Virus record (IMG/VR): IMGVR_UViG_3300023180_000040 | Location: 1 to 64,000 of that record | Origin: an uncultured virus (IMG/VR IMGVR_UViG_3300023180_000040) | Lineage: Duplodnaviria > Heunggongvirae > Uroviricota > Caudoviricetes | Strand: one strand, 5' to 3' | DNA length: 64,000 bases | Shown here: positions 38,268 through 48,308 of the stretch, piece after piece | Numbering within the stretch: the first letter of the stretch is position 1 | Layout of the letters: each line of letters starts with the position of its first letter | Position numbers and translations under genes: made by a program | The notes under the pieces: model-generated | Told to the model about the DNA's origin: nothing | What the model saw: the letters and a program-made list of their open reading frames with translations, nothing else | Databases searched by the model: none

Positions 38268-39213
38268 AATCCCGGTAGAAAATATTGTTAAAGATATCCT
38301 TCCTGACGAAGAGTTTTATGAAGACTCTCGCGGCGAACTATGGTGCCGTTGTCCTTTTCATGATGATAGTAATCCAAGTTTTAGTATAAACATTAATCCA
38401 ACTTCTAATAAGTATGGTTTGTACCACTGTTTTGCATGTGGCGGTGGAAACATTGTTAATATGGTTTATCAAATCAAAGGATTCGATTCTTATGATGAAT
38501 CGGAAAAATGGATTGAATCTAATTATTTTAATATACTTGATGATGATTGGGATAAAGAAGAACTTCTTGCTAGAGTTTTAGAAGAAGAGCCTCCAAGAAA
38601 AACTATTGGGAAAAGAGAACTTCCTTTTTATAAAATATCACACGAAAATAAAAAGCATCCGTGGATGTATACCCAAGGTTTAACAGACGAGGCAATAGAG
38701 CATTTTATGATTACCTATGATGAAAAGCAAGACGGTGTTATTTTCCCTCATATGGTTAATAATCAAATTGTCGGTTGGCAAACGAGAGATTTGAGCGGAA
38801 CAAAAAGAGCAAAGTATATAAATACTCTTGATTTTCCAAAGGCAACTACCCTTTATCATAAAGATTGTAAATGCAATAATGATACAGATTATATAATTGT
38901 TGTTGAGTCACCAAAGACGGCTGCAATAATGTGGGGTGTTGGTTATCATAATGTTGTAGCCACTTTTGGGGCTTCAATAACAGAAGAGCAAATGTCTTTG
39001 TTGTGGGACTATAAGAATATATTTTTATGGTTTGATAACGATGAAGCAGGAGCAAAAGCCACTTTAACGGCACTTAATTATCTGAAGGACTATTGCGAAG
39101 TTTATATAGTCCCTCCTGTTGAAGTACCGAAGGGCGACCCTGCTGATATCCCCTACGATGAGTGGGAGAAGTATTTGAACAAAGCAGAATATTACGTCCA
39201 CTGGAGGAAATAA
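38236..39213 (+). CDS. dnaG: DNA primase (CHC2 zinc finger + TOPRIM)
   Basis: 'CPFHDDSNPSF...HCFAC', 'VVESP', 'FDNDEAG'. Confidence 0.9.
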   Translation: MARLFQEHRNKIPVENIVKDILPDEEFYEDSRGELWCRCPFHDDSNPSFSININPTSNKYGLYHCFACGGGNIVNMVYQIKGFDSYDESEKWIESNYFNILDDDWDKEELLARVLEEEPPRKTIGKRELPFYKISHENKKHPWMYTQGLTDEAIEHFMITYDEKQDGVIFPHMVNNQIVGWQTRDLSGTKRAKYINTLDFPKATTLYHKDCKCNNDTDYIIVVESPKTAAIMWGVGYHNVVATFGASITEEQMSLLWDYKNIFLWFDNDEAGAKATLTALNYLKDYCEVYIVPPVEVPKGDPADIPYDEWEKYLNKAEYYVHWRK

Positions 39214-39368
39214 TGGCTTTTACAAAGTTTACAAATTCTGAATCTCTTACAGTCAAAACTGAAAAAGTTCAAAATTACTTTAGAAGAGTTGGTAAAGTAA
39301 ATTATGATCAATTGACTAAGGAAGAAAAAGAAGAACTTAATAAAGAATTAAATGAAAATAAAGAATAA
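39213..39368 (+). CDS. Small hypothetical protein
   Basis: GGAGG RBS before MAFTKF. Confidence 0.55.
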   Translation: MAFTKFTNSESLTVKTEKVQNYFRRVGKVNYDQLTKEEKEELNKELNENKE

Positions 39369-39371
39369 ATT

Positions 39372-39380
39372 TGATATAAT
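39372..39380 (+). promoter_or_regulatory. Extended -10 promoter TGATATAAT for the SSB gene
   Basis: Intergenic, about 45 nt before the start codon. Confidence 0.55.
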
Positions 39381-39423
39381 ATGTTTTATGGCAAGTCAAA
39401 AACACGAAAGAAAGTGAGACATA

Positions 39424-40275
39424 ATGCCGACATTTAAAACAGGTAGTGATTTGATTAAGCAGAAGAGTCAAGGTGGCGGTGGTGCAAGAACCCATCGTGC
39501 AACTGACTTTGTTCCCTTCCTTTCCCTTAAGGATGGAGAAGAGGCTTTCCTTCAATTTTTTACTGATATTGATGAAGTGCCTCTAGTGAGCCTTCACCGT
39601 TATGTGAAGGTTTCTTGGGAACAGAATGGAGAAACAAAGACGGGTTATCGTGATTTTGCCTGTCGCAAGATGGATGCTTGGGATGATGGAGATGGTTCCT
39701 GTATTCTTTGTGACAAGATTGGTCACGTTCCGAAGGAAAATTTTGCTGCTGTAGCGGTATTGCTTGATCCTGTATACGATTCATCTGCGTCAACTAAAAG
39801 AATTTCAGATATTGCTTCTTTTAACATTCGTGGAAATGAGTATACTACTAAGGATGGTACAGAAATCTTTTTCCCTGAGTACGTCGTTGTATTTCAGGCT
39901 GCTCAAAACTTCTGGCAGCAGTTCACTAGCCACAGTGATCAGATTGGCCCTATTACTGCCAATCCTTGGAAGATCATTCGTGAAGGAGCAGATCAGTCAA
40001 CAACTTATCATGGGTATGAAGTTGATAAGGCAGAATTGATTGACTATCGTGATATAAACATTCCCTCAATTAATGAGATTCTTGAAGGACTTGGTTCTAA
40101 GGAGAGGTATGAGATGTATCTTGGAAACGAAGACCTTTGGCAAACTCAAAAGCAAATGTATGTAAACAAGGAAGAGAATAATAGTGGTCCAATCCGCAAG
40201 AAGGAAAACGCAGAAGCAGAAGAGGATGCAGAATCTGCTTTCGAACGGATTAAGCGACAAGCAGCAGCAAAGTAA
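39424..40275 (+). CDS. Single-stranded DNA-binding protein (gp32-like)
   Basis: 'FLSLKDGEE..LQF', H...C...CxxC zinc set, 'WKIIREG...TTY'; sits between primase and polymerase. Confidence 0.65.
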   Translation: MPTFKTGSDLIKQKSQGGGGARTHRATDFVPFLSLKDGEEAFLQFFTDIDEVPLVSLHRYVKVSWEQNGETKTGYRDFACRKMDAWDDGDGSCILCDKIGHVPKENFAAVAVLLDPVYDSSASTKRISDIASFNIRGNEYTTKDGTEIFFPEYVVVFQAAQNFWQQFTSHSDQIGPITANPWKIIREGADQSTTYHGYEVDKAELIDYRDINIPSINEILEGLGSKERYEMYLGNEDLWQTQKQMYVNKEENNSGPIRKKENAEAEEDAESAFERIKRQAAAK

Positions 40276-40768
40276 AAACAAAAAGAGGGGGAGGCAAGAC
40301 CTCCCCCTCTACTATTTATATACAGACGGTTCTTCTTCGCATGTTACCAATGAAGGTGGTTGGGCTTATATTATTTTAGGCGAAGAAGGCTTTATTAACC
40401 AAAACTATGGCTATGAGATTGGTGCTACAAATAACAGCATGGAACTTAAAGCAGCAATTGAGGGCATAAAGTCTCTTGTAAATCAAAAGTGTCAAATAGA
40501 ACTTTACTCTGATTCTGCTTATATGATTAACACCCTTAAAAATTCTTGGTGGAAAGACTGGGAAAAAAATAATTGGGTTAAAAGAAATGGATTGGCTACA
40601 CCAAATGCCGTTCTTTGGAAAGAGTTAATTTATTTGTTGAATATAAACGATGTTGAGTTTATAAAAGTAAAAGCCCATAGTGGTGATAAGTTAAACGATT
40701 ATTGTGATAAACTTGCTAAAGAGGCTCGCAAGAGTCAAGGTGATCCAATCCCAATAACTAATATCTAG
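40226..40768 (+). CDS. rnhA: Ribonuclease HI (start uncertain)
   Basis: 'YTDGS', 'TNNSMELKA', 'YSDSAY', 'VKAHSG..N..CDKLA'. Confidence 0.85.
   Translation: MQNLLSNGLSDKQQQSKNKKRGRQDLPLYYLYTDGSSSHVTNEGGWAYIILGEEGFINQNYGYEIGATNNSMELKAAIEGIKSLVNQKCQIELYSDSAYMINTLKNSWWKDWEKNNWVKRNGLATPNAVLWKELIYLLNINDVEFIKVKAHSGDKLNDYCDKLAKEARKSQGDPIPITNI
40284..40310. terminator. Strong 11-bp hairpin after SSB, inside the RNase H frame
   Basis: AGAGGGGGAGG-CAAGA-CCTCCCCCTCT. Confidence 0.55.
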
Positions 40769-40776
40769 GAGAAAAC

Positions 40777-43700
40777 TTGGCCGTACCACTTCATCAACAC
40801 AGCCATTATTCTATTTTTGATGGTTATGCAACAGTAGAAGAAATTCTTGATCGTGTTCAAGAGATTGGTTCTAACGCTGTTGCATTAACTGATCATGGAA
40901 CTGTGGCTGGGCATGTGGAGTTTTATAGAAAAGCAACAGAGCGTGGAATAAAGCCAATCCTCGGTATTGAGTCGTATCAGGCTAGAGATAGCAGATTAAA
41001 TCATCACAAATCTGATCTTAAAGGTAATCGTCCAAAAAATGATAGAAGTCATTTGATTATTCTTGCTTATAATCAAGAAGGCGTTAATAATCTTTGGACA
41101 CTATCAACTCGCGCATACCTTGAGGGGTTTTATCATAAGCCTCGCGTTGACTGGGAGATTCTTGAACAACACAAAGAGGGGCTTATTCTGACTTCTGCTT
41201 GTATGGGCGGTAAAGTATCTTCTGCCATTCTTGAAGAAGCAAATGCAGAGTCAATATTAGATCAATATTTAAATATTTTTGATGATAAATTTTACATAGA
41301 ACTTCATACATATGACAGTGATAATCAAAGAGAAGTAAATACTGAATTAGTACGTCTTGGACAAAAGAAGGGGATTCCTTTTGTCTATGCTACTGATGCT
41401 CATTATGCTTGTGGTGATCAATATCATAATCACGAAGCATTTGTCAATATGTCAATGAGAAAGAAGATTTCAGAAGTAGATAGAAATCACCCACCTTGCA
41501 TGTGGATCATGGATGAAGATGGGATTCGTGAATCTTTAAACTACCTTCCAAAAAGTGTGGTTGAAGAGTCAATTAATAATACTCATATTATTGCTGAAAT
41601 GAGTGAAGTTGAACTTCCAATGAAAAGAAAAAGAATTCCAACTTGGGGGCAAGACGGTCCTTCAAAACTGGTTGGTCTTGTAGAAGAAGGTTATTATCAG
41701 AAGGTGTCAGAATTAGATACTGAAAGTATTTACATGCAAAGAGTTGAAAAAGAACTTGACGCTATTTTTGAAGCAGAACTGTCTGATTTCTTTTTGATTG
41801 AACATCTTGTTAATGAATATGCTGAAAATAGCGATGTTCTTAGAGGTCCGGGTCGTGGTTCTGTAGGCGGCAGCCTTGTCGCATATCTTCTTGGGATTAC
41901 AGATATTGATCCAATTAAGTATGGACTTATCTTTGAGCGCTTTTATAATAAAGGTCGTGAAAAGGGTGGTCTGCCTGATATTGATACAGATTTTGCTATT
42001 GAAGATCGTGACAAGATCAAGCAATTTATGCGTGATACCTTTGGCGAAGATTGTGTAACTCATATCGGCACTGTTATGAAGTTGCATGGTAAGTCTGCCC
42101 TAGAAAGGGTTGGTAAATTTCTAGAAATACCTATTAGAGATATTGAAGAAATTAAAAACATTGTTGATACAACTACAGATGCTGGCCTTATGGCTGATTG
42201 GGATGATATTGTAGAAGTTGGCGAACTACAAGGCTGGATTGCAAAGTATCCAGATCTATTTAATCTCGCAGGAGACTTGCATGGTCGAATATTTGCCAGC
42301 AGTGTTCATGCTAGTGGTTTTGTTGTTGGCGATGAACCTCTTGCTGCTATTTGTCCTCTTAGATTAGATAAAAGCGCGGGTCGCAAAGATGGCGAAATTG
42401 CAACTCAATTCGATATGCATGAAATTGAAAGTCTTGGGTTTATGAAATTAGATTTTCTTGCCCTTAAGAATCTTTCTGTTCTTAAAGAAGCACAGATGTT
42501 AATTAAAAGAAATCATGATGTTGATTGGGATTTCAAGAAGTTACATCATAACGAAGATCTAGAGAATAAAAAGTTTTGGGATCTTCTAGATCGTGGTCTA
42601 ACTATTGGAGTTTTCCAAGTAGAAGATGGAGGTATTGCAAAAAGGATTGCTTCTCATATGAAGTGTCGAAATATTGAAGACCTCGCTGTGCTTGTTGCAC
42701 TTAACCGACCCGGCCCCCTTAGAGCCGGATATGTTGATATGTATATAGACAGAAGAGGGGGAACTGATTATGAAGTTCTTCATCCCTTTATTGCAGACAT
42801 TGTTGAAGATACATACGGCGTTTTTGTATATCAAGAGCAGGTAATCTCTTTGTTTACAAAGATGGGTTTTACTCTTGAAGAGGCAGATGATGTGCGTCGA
42901 ATTATGGGTAAAAAGAAAGTAAAAGAAATGGAAGAGTTCTATCCTCGTTACATGGAAAAGGCCATCCAAAACATGGATGAAAAGTCTGCAAACGAGTTGT
43001 GGAACGAACTTCTTGGGTTTTCTAAGTATGCCTTTAATAAAGCACATTCTGTTGCGTATGGAATTATCACTCTTTGGACTCTTTGGACTAAATATATGTA
43101 TCCTGCTGAATATTTACTTGCATGTATTCGAAAGGAAGATACAAGAGATGATGTTCCTCGCTTCATCGCGGAAGCACAACGTATGGGTATTAAAGTAAAC
43201 CCACCAGATGTTAATAAGTCTATGTTTCAGACGGATATTATTGACGGAGAGATTTATCTTGGTTTAAAAGATATTAAGGGAGTATCAAAGGGCGCAGAAT
43301 GGGTAATTGAGAATCGTCCATTTGAATCTTATGACCAAATGCTTGCTTTGTTAGAAAGTCAAAACAAAGAGTTTCTTTCTAAAAAGAAGAACGGTGAAGT
43401 AGATGGTCCTTCTCCTAAGCAGCGTCTTGGCGCAAATAAAGCAAAAGCATTGTTTAATGCTGGAGCGTTTGATTTTCTTGAAACAAGACAACTTTCAAAA
43501 AGAGAAAGAAGAGAATTTGAAAAAGAGTTACTTGGTATCATTTTAACTAATGATGCACCTAAAGTCTTGGATAAATATAAAGAAGTTATTCAGCAAGAAT
43601 GTGTTATTGATTTTGGTGAGTTAAAAACTCCGGGCAATTATATTGTTGCGGGTGAGATTAAATCAATAAGAGAATTAAAAACAAAAAAGGGGCAAGATAT

Positions 43701-43866
43701 GGCTTTCGTTACTCTAGAATATGGTGATCAGACTCTGGAGTTTGCGGTATTTGAGCAACATCTATTGGCATTTTCTGATATACTACAGGAGTGTACTCCG
43801 GTAATTGCAAGCGTTAAATCAACCAACCGTGGAGTTAATCTTACTAATTTGGAGGAACTTGTGTGA
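40777..43866 (+). CDS. dnaE: DNA polymerase III alpha subunit
   Basis: PHP 'LHQHSHYSIFDG', 'GRGSVGGSLVAY', 'PDIDTDF', 'YAFNKAHS'. Confidence 0.95.
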   Translation: MAVPLHQHSHYSIFDGYATVEEILDRVQEIGSNAVALTDHGTVAGHVEFYRKATERGIKPILGIESYQARDSRLNHHKSDLKGNRPKNDRSHLIILAYNQEGVNNLWTLSTRAYLEGFYHKPRVDWEILEQHKEGLILTSACMGGKVSSAILEEANAESILDQYLNIFDDKFYIELHTYDSDNQREVNTELVRLGQKKGIPFVYATDAHYACGDQYHNHEAFVNMSMRKKISEVDRNHPPCMWIMDEDGIRESLNYLPKSVVEESINNTHIIAEMSEVELPMKRKRIPTWGQDGPSKLVGLVEEGYYQKVSELDTESIYMQRVEKELDAIFEAELSDFFLIEHLVNEYAENSDVLRGPGRGSVGGSLVAYLLGITDIDPIKYGLIFERFYNKGREKGGLPDIDTDFAIEDRDKIKQFMRDTFGEDCVTHIGTVMKLHGKSALERVGKFLEIPIRDIEEIKNIVDTTTDAGLMADWDDIVEVGELQGWIAKYPDLFNLAGDLHGRIFASSVHASGFVVGDEPLAAICPLRLDKSAGRKDGEIATQFDMHEIESLGFMKLDFLALKNLSVLKEAQMLIKRNHDVDWDFKKLHHNEDLENKKFWDLLDRGLTIGVFQVEDGGIAKRIASHMKCRNIEDLAVLVALNRPGPLRAGYVDMYIDRRGGTDYEVLHPFIADIVEDTYGVFVYQEQVISLFTKMGFTLEEADDVRRIMGKKKVKEMEEFYPRYMEKAIQNMDEKSANELWNELLGFSKYAFNKAHSVAYGIITLWTLWTKYMYPAEYLLACIRKEDTRDDVPRFIAEAQRMGIKVNPPDVNKSMFQTDIIDGEIYLGLKDIKGVSKGAEWVIENRPFESYDQMLALLESQNKEFLSKKKNGEVDGPSPKQRLGANKAKALFNAGAFDFLETRQLSKRERREFEKELLGIILTNDAPKVLDKYKEVIQQECVIDFGELKTPGNYIVAGEIKSIRELKTKKGQDMAFVTLEYGDQTLEFAVFEQHLLAFSDILQECTPVIASVKSTNRGVNLTNLEELV

Positions 43867-44861
43867 GTGCTGTTGAAGAATTATTGAAGAAAGCAACGAA
43901 AGAGTTTGGAACAGACTATGTTAGAATTGCGAGTCAAAAAGTGGACATAGAAGCCTCTTCAAGTGGTATCCCTTCTCTTGATTATGCATTAGGAATTGGT
44001 GGATACCCTAAAGGTGGTATTACGATGGTATTTGGCCCAGAAAGTGTGGGTAAATCCGTAATGGCATGTATGGCTATTGCTGAAGTTCACAAGAAGGGTG
44101 GCTATGCTGGCTATGTAGATCTTGAAGGCTCTTTTGATCCTGTGTTTGCTAGACATTTTGGAGTAGATACTGACAGATTAATTGTTAGCACCCCCAAGTC
44201 AGCAGAAGATACTGCAAAGCAAGCGGTTTACTTTGCAAACGAGCCTGCATTAGACATAGTTGTAGTAGACTCCATTGGAGCAATGGCTTCAGAAAGAGAA
44301 TTAGATGAAGATGGGAAAAAGCAGGCTTATGGACAATCTGGGTTGATTACTCAGATGGTCAAGCAATTACTTCCTCGCGTTGCTGAAACTAAAAAAGTAT
44401 GTCTATTATTAAACCAAGTTAGAGATACTGCAAATCGTCAAGGACTTCCAATTGTACACGCTCCGGGTGGTCACGCCCTTCATCATGCTTGCGCTGTAAT
44501 TATTCAAGTTAAGAAGGGGAAGAGCGAGGGAATCAAGAAGGCAAAAGTTCCCGGCGAAACTGAACCAGTTGAGATTGGGTTTAGGCCAGTTGCTACTGTG
44601 ACAAAATCAAAAGTAAGTCCTCCAAAGAGAAACGCTGAATGGGATTTATATCATACTAAAACAGAAGATAACGAAGTTGGCATAGATATAATTGAATCTA
44701 TTGTTAGTGTTGGTCTTAGATCTGGAGTTATTAATCAGCGTGGTGCTTGGTATGACATTGCAGACAAATCTTTTCAGGGCAGAAATGCAGTTGTTGAGTT
44801 TTTTAAGGAAAACCCAGATCAGGTAGATAAACTAAAAGAAGAAATCTTTTTAGAAAAATGA
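43863..44861 (+). CDS. recA: RecA recombinase
   Basis: 'SLDYALGIGGYPKG', 'GPESVGKS', 'VVDSIGA', 'LNQVR', 'PGGHAL'. Confidence 0.92.
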   Translation: MSAVEELLKKATKEFGTDYVRIASQKVDIEASSSGIPSLDYALGIGGYPKGGITMVFGPESVGKSVMACMAIAEVHKKGGYAGYVDLEGSFDPVFARHFGVDTDRLIVSTPKSAEDTAKQAVYFANEPALDIVVVDSIGAMASERELDEDGKKQAYGQSGLITQMVKQLLPRVAETKKVCLLLNQVRDTANRQGLPIVHAPGGHALHHACAVIIQVKKGKSEGIKKAKVPGETEPVEIGFRPVATVTKSKVSPPKRNAEWDLYHTKTEDNEVGIDIIESIVSVGLRSGVINQRGAWYDIADKSFQGRNAVVEFFKENPDQVDKLKEEIFLEK

Positions 44862-45026
44862 TTTATTATTATGACTCTAGCCAGATAAAAGAAATAAATA
44901 AAAATACTTTAAAATTTTTTAAAAACTTAACAAAAAACTCAAATTATGATAATATGTTAATAGAATATAAAAAAGAAAACAAGTATTGGACAGAAGATTA
45001 TCCAACCCAACTATTAAATTGGGCAG

Positions 45027-45386
45027 ATGATGGGGGACAAAATCTTGAGTAAAACAAAAACGCTTAGAGCGCAAAATCATGAAAACTATATAGCAAAAAT
45101 GTATAAAGGAAAGCGCTCTCCATCATCCGGGGCTTCTTGGGTAGATCGGGGAGATGTTCGTTTTGAAATAGAAACGTATAATTATACTGCTGAATGTAAA
45201 ACAACTGAAAAGAAATCTTTTTCTATTAAAAAAGAGACTTGGAATAAAATTGTTGAAGAAGCGCAAGAACAAGGCAGGAGGCCATGTATGTTTATACGGT
45301 TTGAAGATGAGTCTGGCAAAATGATTGATTTAGTAGTTAGATCAATTCACGATGACTTAGAAATGGTGGAAGATGTTAGACACTAA
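45027..45386 (+). CDS. PD-(D/E)xK nuclease / Holliday junction resolvase-like protein
   Basis: 'SGASWVDRGDV...AECKTT'. Confidence 0.75.
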   Translation: MMGDKILSKTKTLRAQNHENYIAKMYKGKRSPSSGASWVDRGDVRFEIETYNYTAECKTTEKKSFSIKKETWNKIVEEAQEQGRRPCMFIRFEDESGKMIDLVVRSIHDDLEMVEDVRH

Positions 45387-46065
45387 ACTCATGAAAAAAT
45401 TGTCAGATGGAAGTATCTTAGCCTCTAGAATTGAGATGTATCAGAATAAGGGGGAATTCCCTGACAAATGGATCATTGAAATAGAAAATGATCGTCGCAA
45501 AGAACCAGATCAATGTTTTCACCCTTCTGGTGATTGCTTTGCTTCAGAGGAAGAATTATACAAAAGGCTTACAGGAAAAGAGTCTAAAAGAATATCAGCA
45601 GGATTAAGAAGAGTCTTTGATTGTGGTCATTTCTGGCACGCTTACTATCAAAATATTATTGTTGATATGGGTTATGCAAAACCAGAAAATGTAGAAAGAA
45701 CATATACATATCATCATGAATCTGGATGGACAGGGAAGGGCACTGTAGATACCATTGCAGAATTCCCAAACAAAGGAACGTTTATAGTGGATATGAAAAC
45801 TATGAACGATATTGAATTTGATACTGGCCCCTATCCTCCAACATTAGCAAAATGGACAGCCCAATTAAATTGCTATATGCATTGGACAGGAATAGATCAG
45901 GCTTTTATTCTTGCTATTAGGAAAGGTGGAACTCCCGGTAAAGGTGGTTTACCTGCTCACGATATCAGAGAAATAAGCATTCAATATGATCAGTCTCTTT
46001 TGGATGACATATATGCAAAATGGACTAGAGTTTGGGAACGAATAATTACAGAGGGGAGCCAATGA
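45373..46065 (+). CDS. Cas4-like PD-(D/E)xK exonuclease
   Basis: 'FHPSG', 'GHFWH', 'GTVD', 'VDMKT', 'QLNCYM'. Confidence 0.75.
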   Translation: MLDTKLMKKLSDGSILASRIEMYQNKGEFPDKWIIEIENDRRKEPDQCFHPSGDCFASEEELYKRLTGKESKRISAGLRRVFDCGHFWHAYYQNIIVDMGYAKPENVERTYTYHHESGWTGKGTVDTIAEFPNKGTFIVDMKTMNDIEFDTGPYPPTLAKWTAQLNCYMHWTGIDQAFILAIRKGGTPGKGGLPAHDIREISIQYDQSLLDDIYAKWTRVWERIITEGSQ

Positions 46066-46607
46066 GACTACTTTCGATTGACCCCGGATTTAAAAGATTC
46101 GGGTATTGTATCTTTGATGAAGGTACTGTTATTAAAAAACATGGAGTCTACTCAACTAGAGAGAGAAAGAAAGAAGAAAAGTATCAAGAGTATTTAAATT
46201 CTGGTATATATGATATGTACCACTGGTTTGGAGACTTGTTAGAAGAAAATAATATAACAAGAGTGATATCTGAAATTGTTCCTCCAATTTCAAATAAAGG
46301 GAATTTTGGTGTTTCTCCACAAGTCCCATTAGTTCTATCTGTTATGGCAGTTTGTAAGGTGATGGCATATGAAGATGAATTAGAGTGGATAGATATATCT
46401 GCCAGATCAGTTAAAAATGTTTTAACTGGAGATTCTTCAGTAAGTAAAGCAATTATCAGACGATTAGTTATAGATCAATACCCTGAAATAGTGCAGGGGC
46501 GGAAGTTAACTGATATACCCTTTGACGAAACAGACGCTATTGCTGTTGGCATGAGTTACTTTCCTAGATTTCATTTTGAGGTAAAGGAGAGTAATGAAAA
46601 AGTCTAA
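46062..46607 (+). CDS. RuvC-like resolvase
   Basis: 'LSIDPGFKRFGY', 'VISE', 'DETDAIAVG'. Confidence 0.85.
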   Translation: MRLLSIDPGFKRFGYCIFDEGTVIKKHGVYSTRERKKEEKYQEYLNSGIYDMYHWFGDLLEENNITRVISEIVPPISNKGNFGVSPQVPLVLSVMAVCKVMAYEDELEWIDISARSVKNVLTGDSSVSKAIIRRLVIDQYPEIVQGRKLTDIPFDETDAIAVGMSYFPRFHFEVKESNEKV

Positions 46608-46932
46608 AAAAAGAAAAATAGAACCAGTTAGTAAGCATAAAGTTATGAGAGAATTGTATAGAAACTATATGCAATTTAGAGAGTATGTTAGGTCAACTGG
46701 GGAAACAGTAATTGAACATCAAAATGTTGCAATTTCTTTTTATGACTTAGGAATGGGTCTTAATGAATTGAGTCCAAGAAAGAAACAGGCTTTTTATTTA
46801 AATGTTATTTTAGATAAAAAACAAAAAGATGTTGCTGAAATTATGGGTATAACTACAGTGTCTGTCGGGCAGTATGTTGAAGCGGCATCAAAGCAGTTAG
46901 CGGATATATACTTTGGAGAGTCTGATGAGTGA
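46594..46932 (+). CDS. Sigma-70 region-4-like HTH protein
   Basis: 'LSPRKKQAFYL...QKDVAEIMGITTVSVGQY'. Confidence 0.75.
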   Translation: MKKSKKRKIEPVSKHKVMRELYRNYMQFREYVRSTGETVIEHQNVAISFYDLGMGLNELSPRKKQAFYLNVILDKKQKDVAEIMGITTVSVGQYVEAASKQLADIYFGESDE

Positions 46933-47263
46933 AGAAGTTAATAATAAATTTGAAGATTTAACTTTTGAAGAAGAATATTATGAATTTGATATTAATGATC
47001 CTACTCTAACTCCTGCTCAATTAGATTACATTACCGATATGATCTTAAAAGCAGATGTAAGAGCAGGTAACAGAATTCATCATAAGAATCCTATTCTTTT
47101 TAAAGAACATATGAGAACTAGGTATAGGAGAGAAATCTATCCTAATAGTGGGGTGCCAGATCCTTCTGTAGAACAAGGAATGTATAATAGAACTCATCCT
47201 GAAGGTCGCAAAGTTAACAGCGAACATCAGCGTAAAGTTAATGGTGCAAGTTTTTATAGGTAA
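46925..47263 (+). CDS. Hypothetical protein
   Basis: GGAG RBS, coupled ORF. Confidence 0.6.
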   Translation: MSEEVNNKFEDLTFEEEYYEFDINDPTLTPAQLDYITDMILKADVRAGNRIHHKNPILFKEHMRTRYRREIYPNSGVPDPSVEQGMYNRTHPEGRKVNSEHQRKVNGASFYR

Positions 47264-47269
47264 TTAATT

Positions 47270-47995
47270 ATGCCAAAGATTCCAAATAATAAGCCAGAAA
47301 AAAAGAATAATAAAGATGGAGGAAAACTACCAGCAGCAGGAGATAATGAACTCTTTGATGTTTTCACATCTAGTCGTTGTAAAGTATGTCAATCTAAATG
47401 GCGCGTTAATGTTGATATGATGTTAATTCGTGGATTTAGTGTTCGCAAAATTGCTGAGTCTTTGCAATCAGCAGGAGAAGATATTAGTTATCGTTCTGTG
47501 CAACGGCATAAAGAATCTCATCTTAATTTAGAAAAGTCTGCTTATCGTGCGATTATTGATAAACATGCAGAAGAATATGAAAAGGCAAATGCCGAAAATG
47601 ATATTCGAATTATTTCTGGGAAGGCTTACTTAGATGTTTTTATTCAAAAAGGATGGGATCAATTAATATATGAAGACTTTCATGTAGAACCTAAAGATAT
47701 TATTAAAGCAATTGAATTGCGTGAAGAATTAATGAGTGGAGGGTATTCTGTTCTTGAAGAAAAGATGATGCTTCAAGTTAAGTCAATGGTTCAAGCAATT
47801 AGGGAAATAGTCCCTCCAGAACTACATGCTGAAGTAGCGGCAAGAGCAAAAGAAATTGCTCAAGGAGAGACTTTAGCCATTGAAGCAGAGAATACTAAGG
47901 CTTCCATAGGAGAGCCAGAAATGCCACAAGATTTGGGTGACTATAAAGAAATAGTCACAGTAGAACAGGAAGAGGTTGATGATGGAACAGAGTAG
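47270..47995 (+). CDS. Putative terminase small subunit
   Basis: 'CKVC', HTH and 'VQRHKESH'; two genes upstream of TerL. Confidence 0.55.
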   Translation: MPKIPNNKPEKKNNKDGGKLPAAGDNELFDVFTSSRCKVCQSKWRVNVDMMLIRGFSVRKIAESLQSAGEDISYRSVQRHKESHLNLEKSAYRAIIDKHAEEYEKANAENDIRIISGKAYLDVFIQKGWDQLIYEDFHVEPKDIIKAIELREELMSGGYSVLEEKMMLQVKSMVQAIREIVPPELHAEVAARAKEIAQGETLAIEAENTKASIGEPEMPQDLGDYKEIVTVEQEEVDDGTE

Positions 47996-48308
47996 TGCGA
48001 TTAATCTTTATGATGAAGAGATTATAAAAATCAAAGATGTGGTTGGCAGAATTGAATATAAATATAAAGATGCCACTGGTAACTTTGAAAATATGTGGAA
48101 TATGATTGTTGAGTTAGAAGGTAAACTTCATGACGCCGGGTTTGAAGCAGACGCAGATTGGCACCTTGAAGAAGGAGATGACTACCCGAAACTTATTGTT
48201 AATATAATTGATCGGGTTGATCCTATATCTGGCTTTGATTTCGATAAAAAGCAGTATGAAGTCAAGAAAGCAAAAGAATTAAATGAAGACATTGAGGAAA
48301 TTGAATAA
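47976..48308 (+). CDS. Hypothetical protein
   Basis: 110-aa coupled ORF. Confidence 0.55.
   Translation: MMMEQSSAINLYDEEIIKIKDVVGRIEYKYKDATGNFENMWNMIVELEGKLHDAGFEADADWHLEEGDDYPKLIVNIIDRVDPISGFDFDKKQYEVKKAKELNEDIEEIE

Noticed and set aside
44858..45052. 64-aa ORF after recA
   Set aside because: Very AT-rich, no recognisable motif, and contains promoter-like TATGATAAT; may be real but not supportable.
45373..46065. Cas4-like gene as a sign of CRISPR-Cas
   Set aside because: No repeat-spacer array or other cas genes are visible; stand-alone Cas4-like nucleases are common in phage recombination modules.
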